DNA from: Chitinophaga pinensis
GTDB lineage: Bacteria; Bacteroidota; Bacteroidia; NS11-12g; UBA9320
Direction of reading: 5' to 3'
Length of the DNA stretch: 64,000 bases
Assembly: GCA_945907065.1 (NCBI GenBank)
Contig: CAMDSC010000012.1
Span: forward strand, 577 to 64,576
A program made the translations under genes and the position numbers. Under the pieces are notes generated by a model. The model was not told where the DNA came from. It ran no database searches and worked only from the letters and a program-made list of their open reading frames with translations. This document shows, piece by piece, positions 60,367 through 64,000 of the stretch (positions within the stretch are counted from its first letter, which is position 1; each line of letters begins with the position of its first letter).

Positions 60367-62136
60367 TTATAATTTATAGGTTATGGAAGTTCTTAAAAGA
60401 TTTTCACGATAGGATATTCCAGGACGGCTATCGCCAAATTCAAAAAGATTAATTGAGCCGTTTAATGAAAACGATACTTTCTTTTTCACAGTGAGTTTCA
60501 CTCCAATTAAGGTCATTATTTGTGAGCCGAATGAAGTGGCACCTAAAGTATTCTCAGCATAAGTAAGACCTAAAGTTGTGCTTAGTTTTTTCTTAAATAA
60601 TTTATATCCAACACCCACATTTACGGCTTTGGTCATTAATTTTCCATAAGAAGTATTATTATCAAAATAGCTAATTAAAGTAGTTGCTGAAAAAGGCGAT
60701 TTTAACATAGAAAGCATATACGAAAATGCTCCATTGCTGGCATCGTTATTATTTACAGCACCCGTTATTGTATTAAAATCATTGAAAACATTTTGAGCAT
60801 ACATAAGTGTAAAATTATGCATACTTGATTTGGTTATAAAATTATACGATGGACTGACACTCCAAGATTCCGTCACCATTTCAACTCTAAATGTGTCATT
60901 CAATACTGAGTTTCTAAACCCAAAGTTGGAATAAGAGCCTGCCAGAGACAAATTATCTGTTAACTGTAAATTGAGGTTGGCGGAACCTATAGTTTGGGTT
61001 GTGGTTGTTGCTCGGATACCTGAAAGATTATTCACTCGTCGTCCAATAGAACCAGAAAGCTGAACCTTGTTTTTAAATAACATAAATCGCGGGTCAATGG
61101 TTGCCTCCAATCGGTCGGTTTGTAAAAAAGGATAACCCAATGGTACAAAACCATCGCCGTAGTAACGACCTGTTAATTTTAATCCGAAGTTTTTTCCATC
61201 TCTTCCTATAGATAATACCGATGCATAATCCAATCGGCTGGATTCTTTGGGTATAAAAACAGTTTTTGGTGGCGATAGTGAAAAAGATGGCAACTCATTG
61301 GAACGCATATCTCTTGTAAAAGCAGAACCAGCAACCTCTCCTTTTATATAAGTTTTTTTACTTAATTTAATCCTAAAATCAATTGAACTTAAAATACCTG
61401 TTTGGGGCATAACATTTATTGGTTTAGTAACCAAAGATGCTGTGTCATCTTGCATCATACTGGCAATTATGTATAGATGGGAAGAATCTTCATAGCCAAA
61501 TCCAATTTTGGCTGAATGGATTTTTCGAGCATAAATACCTTGGATATTTTTAGTTGTATCCTGCTTTACCGCCATTTGTGATGTACCTGAAAAAACTGAG
61601 AGTCTAAATTTACCCGGAGTTAAATTTAATCCTGCCCCATATACCGCCAAATCGCCAACACTCAATTCAGAATATTGAGGAATTTGAGAACCCAATAAAA
61701 CTTGGCACCATTTATATTTTGGAGCAATACCAATGCGGTTTAACGGATTTTTTACAAGTTCTTTAAAATTCAAGTAGGGAGCATTTGGTATTTTAGGAAC
61801 ACTGGGAAGTATAACCCCAAATTGTCCTGTTGGTAAAGCCATTGATATTGGCATTGAAAAATCTTTAATATTTATTGAAACATTTACAACTAATCTACCC
61901 AAAGCATCAGGCCTACGAGGAGCTACAGCCCCTAATGTATCCGAATTCATGTGATAAAAATCACCATAAACTCCCATATCTCCTGAAATATTTATTGGTT
62001 TATTTTTTTGTTGGCCAAAAGTAAATTGAGAGAATAAAGTAACTAAGTACAGTAAAAAGATTAACCTTTTTGGCAACAATAATATAAGTTGTAGATTAAT
62101 CATAGGGTTACACAAATATAATTTTATTAAATACAT
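60367..62136 (-). CDS. predicted outer-membrane beta-barrel protein, first gene of three-gene operon (family not recognised)
   Basis: N-terminal hydrophobic signal (LIFLLYLVTLFSQFTFGQQ); ~550 aa of alternating hydrophobic/polar short strands with Gly/Asn/Ser-rich turns; no plug, POTRA or OmpA motif; 4-nt gap to next gene. Confidence 0.4.
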   Translation of the reverse strand: MYLIKLYLCNPMINLQLILLLPKRLIFLLYLVTLFSQFTFGQQKNKPINISGDMGVYGDFYHMNSDTLGAVAPRRPDALGRLVVNVSINIKDFSMPISMALPTGQFGVILPSVPKIPNAPYLNFKELVKNPLNRIGIAPKYKWCQVLLGSQIPQYSELSVGDLAVYGAGLNLTPGKFRLSVFSGTSQMAVKQDTTKNIQGIYARKIHSAKIGFGYEDSSHLYIIASMMQDDTASLVTKPINVMPQTGILSSIDFRIKLSKKTYIKGEVAGSAFTRDMRSNELPSFSLSPPKTVFIPKESSRLDYASVLSIGRDGKNFGLKLTGRYYGDGFVPLGYPFLQTDRLEATIDPRFMLFKNKVQLSGSIGRRVNNLSGIRATTTTQTIGSANLNLQLTDNLSLAGSYSNFGFRNSVLNDTFRVEMVTESWSVSPSYNFITKSSMHNFTLMYAQNVFNDFNTITGAVNNNDASNGAFSYMLSMLKSPFSATTLISYFDNNTSYGKLMTKAVNVGVGYKLFKKKLSTTLGLTYAENTLGATSFGSQIMTLIGVKLTVKKKVSFSLNGSINLFEFGDSRPGISYRENLLRTSITYKL

Positions 62137-62228
62137 TTCAAAATTTTGTTGGTTTTATTAAGGTCTTTTTAATCTTTTATATTCTCACTTTTATTAACCC
62201 GTCATTAAAACTTATCTTTGCCCACGTC

Positions 62229-63569
62229 ATGCAATTGAATGAACTAACAGCCATAAGCCCAATAGACGGGCGCTACCGAAAAGCCACTTCTGATTTGGCC
62301 CCCTATCTTTCTGAGTGGGGACTTATTAAATATCGGGTGCAAGTAGAAATCGAATATTTTACACAGTTATGTAAAACGGTTCCACAGTTAGCTTCTATAA
62401 ATATTTCAGAGGTATATCCAAAACTGAAAACTGTTTACGAAAATTTTTCAGAAACCGATGCTTTAGAAATTAAAGCTACCGAAAAAATAACTAACCACGA
62501 TGTAAAAGCGGTTGAGTATTTTGTAAAGAAAAAACTCGAAGAACTTGGTTTGGGAGCTTATGTGGAATTTGTGCATTTTGGACTTACCTCTCAGGATATC
62601 AATAATACTGCTATTCCTTTGTCGTTTATGGAAGCTAATAATTCAACTATTTTCCCAGCTTTGGATGATTTGCTTATTAAACTTCAATCATTATCAGCCG
62701 AATGGGCAAACATTTCATTATTGGCTCGAACTCATGGACAGCCGGCTTCTCCTACCCGATTGGGAAAAGAAATGGATGTATTCACCAATCGACTGATTGC
62801 ACAAATTGAGCAATTTAATAACATTCCCTACAGCGCTAAATTTGGCGGAGCCACCGGAAATTTAAATGCTCATTACATAGCCTATCCTGATAAAAACTGG
62901 CACAGTTTCGCCAATTCTTTTGTTGAACGTTTAGGATTAAAACGTTCGTTTCCTACCACACAAATTGAACATTACGATAATTTAGCCGCTCAATGCGATA
63001 CTTTTAAGCGTATCAATACAATTCTTATTGATTTGTGCCGCGATATTTGGAGTTATATTTCCTTTGATTATTTTAAACAAAAAATAAAAGAAGGTGAAAT
63101 TGGAAGCTCGGCCATGCCACACAAAGTAAATCCTATTGATTTTGAAAATGCGGAAGGAAACCTGATGATGGCCAACAGCATTTTTGAATTTTTGGCTGCC
63201 AAACTTCCTATATCACGACTGCAAAGAGATTTAACAGATTCTACAGTTTTAAGAAATCTTGGAGTTCCATTGGCTCTCTCACTTATAGCTTATAAATCGG
63301 TTATGAAAGGATTGAACAAGCTAATAGTAAATACTGCTAAAATTGAAGAAGATTTGGATAATAACTGGGCAGTAGTGGCCGAAGCCATTCAAACTATATT
63401 GAGACGGGAACAGATAGAAAAACCTTACGAATTATTAAAAGATTTAACCCGAACCAATTCTAAAATAACCAAAGAATCGATTCAAGAATTTATTCAAAAT
63501 TTGAAGGTTTCGGATTCTGTTAAAATTGAATTGATGAACATTTCACCCTTTAATTTTGTTGGTAAATAG
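62229..63569 (+). CDS. purB: adenylosuccinate lyase
   Basis: fumarate-lyase signature (SSAMPHKVNP), HGQPASPTRLGKE motif, 446 aa. Confidence 0.9.
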   Translation: MQLNELTAISPIDGRYRKATSDLAPYLSEWGLIKYRVQVEIEYFTQLCKTVPQLASINISEVYPKLKTVYENFSETDALEIKATEKITNHDVKAVEYFVKKKLEELGLGAYVEFVHFGLTSQDINNTAIPLSFMEANNSTIFPALDDLLIKLQSLSAEWANISLLARTHGQPASPTRLGKEMDVFTNRLIAQIEQFNNIPYSAKFGGATGNLNAHYIAYPDKNWHSFANSFVERLGLKRSFPTTQIEHYDNLAAQCDTFKRINTILIDLCRDIWSYISFDYFKQKIKEGEIGSSAMPHKVNPIDFENAEGNLMMANSIFEFLAAKLPISRLQRDLTDSTVLRNLGVPLALSLIAYKSVMKGLNKLIVNTAKIEEDLDNNWAVVAEAIQTILRREQIEKPYELLKDLTRTNSKITKESIQEFIQNLKVSDSVKIELMNISPFNFVGK

Positions 63570-63938
63570 ATGAACAAACCAACGGTAGTTTTAGGAGCCA
63601 ATACCAATCCTGAAAAATATGCCTATCGGGCAGTTGAATTTTTACAATCCATCTATCAGCCTGTTTTTCCTGTGGGGATAAGACCGGGAGAAGTTAAAGG
63701 TTTACCAATTTTCCAAGATTTTTCACATCTTAAAAATGAGGATATACATACAGTTACTCTTTACCTTAATCCAAGTAATCAAACTCACTGGTATAAGCAA
63801 ATTTTACATTTAAACCCAAAGCGTGTTATCTTTAATCCCGGAACTGAAAACCCTGAATTTGAAGAAATGCTAGAAGAAAAAGGAATTGAAGTGGAGGAAG
63901 CTTGCACTTTGGTAATGGTGAGAACCGGCGTTTACTAG
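63570..63938 (+). CDS. CoA-binding domain protein (YccU/YneT-like)
   Basis: KPTVVLGANTNPEKYAYRAVEFL Rossmann-like N-terminus typical of small CoA-binding proteins; 122 aa; stop/start abut purB. Confidence 0.7.
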   Translation: MNKPTVVLGANTNPEKYAYRAVEFLQSIYQPVFPVGIRPGEVKGLPIFQDFSHLKNEDIHTVTLYLNPSNQTHWYKQILHLNPKRVIFNPGTENPEFEEMLEEKGIEVEEACTLVMVRTGVY

Positions 63939-64000
63939 ACCCCTTTATACTTTTCTACCAAACTTATAAAAGAAGGAAAGGGTTGGAATAAAAAATTGTC

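Noticed and set aside
53704-62136. Three-gene operon as a horizontally acquired genomic island or mobile element
   Set aside because: No flanking tRNA, integrase, transposase, direct repeats or IS fragments. Codon and AT character is not visibly different from surrounding genes. It is treated as a chromosomal accessory locus, not a mobile element.
1-64000. CRISPR arrays, tRNA/rRNA genes, IS elements
   Set aside because: No regularly spaced direct repeats, no cloverleaf-capable GC-rich 70-90-nt segments in the intergenic spacers, and no transposase or integrase-like ORFs were found on either strand.

Overview
This is an AT-rich chromosomal segment from a Bacteroidota genome (Cytophagia/Flavobacteriia-like). 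Signs of that: T9SS type-A and type-B C-terminal sorting domains, a DUF1573 protein, a gliding-type giant adhesin and a BtuG-like lipoprotein. The centre of the window (15.8-32.8 kb, minus strand) is one contiguous str-S10-spc-alpha ribosomal protein super-operon, rpsL to rplQ. It includes two sub-60-aa genes that the ORF track missed, rpmJ (L36) and rpmD (L30). Housekeeping genes flank it: tandem FKBP PPIases, ruvB, a CCA/HD tRNA nucleotidyltransferase, nnr, tandem yceI, crp/fnr, hppD, fhs, folC, sppA and purB. Accessory content: (1) an ECF sigma gene translationally coupled to a membrane protein and an 815-aa T9SS type-A cargo; (2) a 1243-aa T9SS type-B adhesin; (3) an orphan hcp (T6SS tube-family) gene whose promoter is overlapped by a perfect 25-bp palindrome; (4) a cobalamin riboswitch upstream of a btuB-like TonB-dependent receptor, a T9SS-CTD protein and a BtuG-like beta-propeller lipoprotein; (5) a tight three-gene minus-strand operon at 53.7-62.1 kb. 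That operon encodes a predicted outer-membrane beta-barrel followed by two secreted Cys-rich proteins (538 aa, then a 1678-aa PKD/Ig-repeat giant). Both cargo proteins lack any recognisable T9SS CTD and instead share a C-terminal Cys-rich module. I cannot assign it to any described secretion or surface system, so it is the main novelty candidate. No tRNA or rRNA genes, CRISPR arrays, IS elements or integrases were seen.
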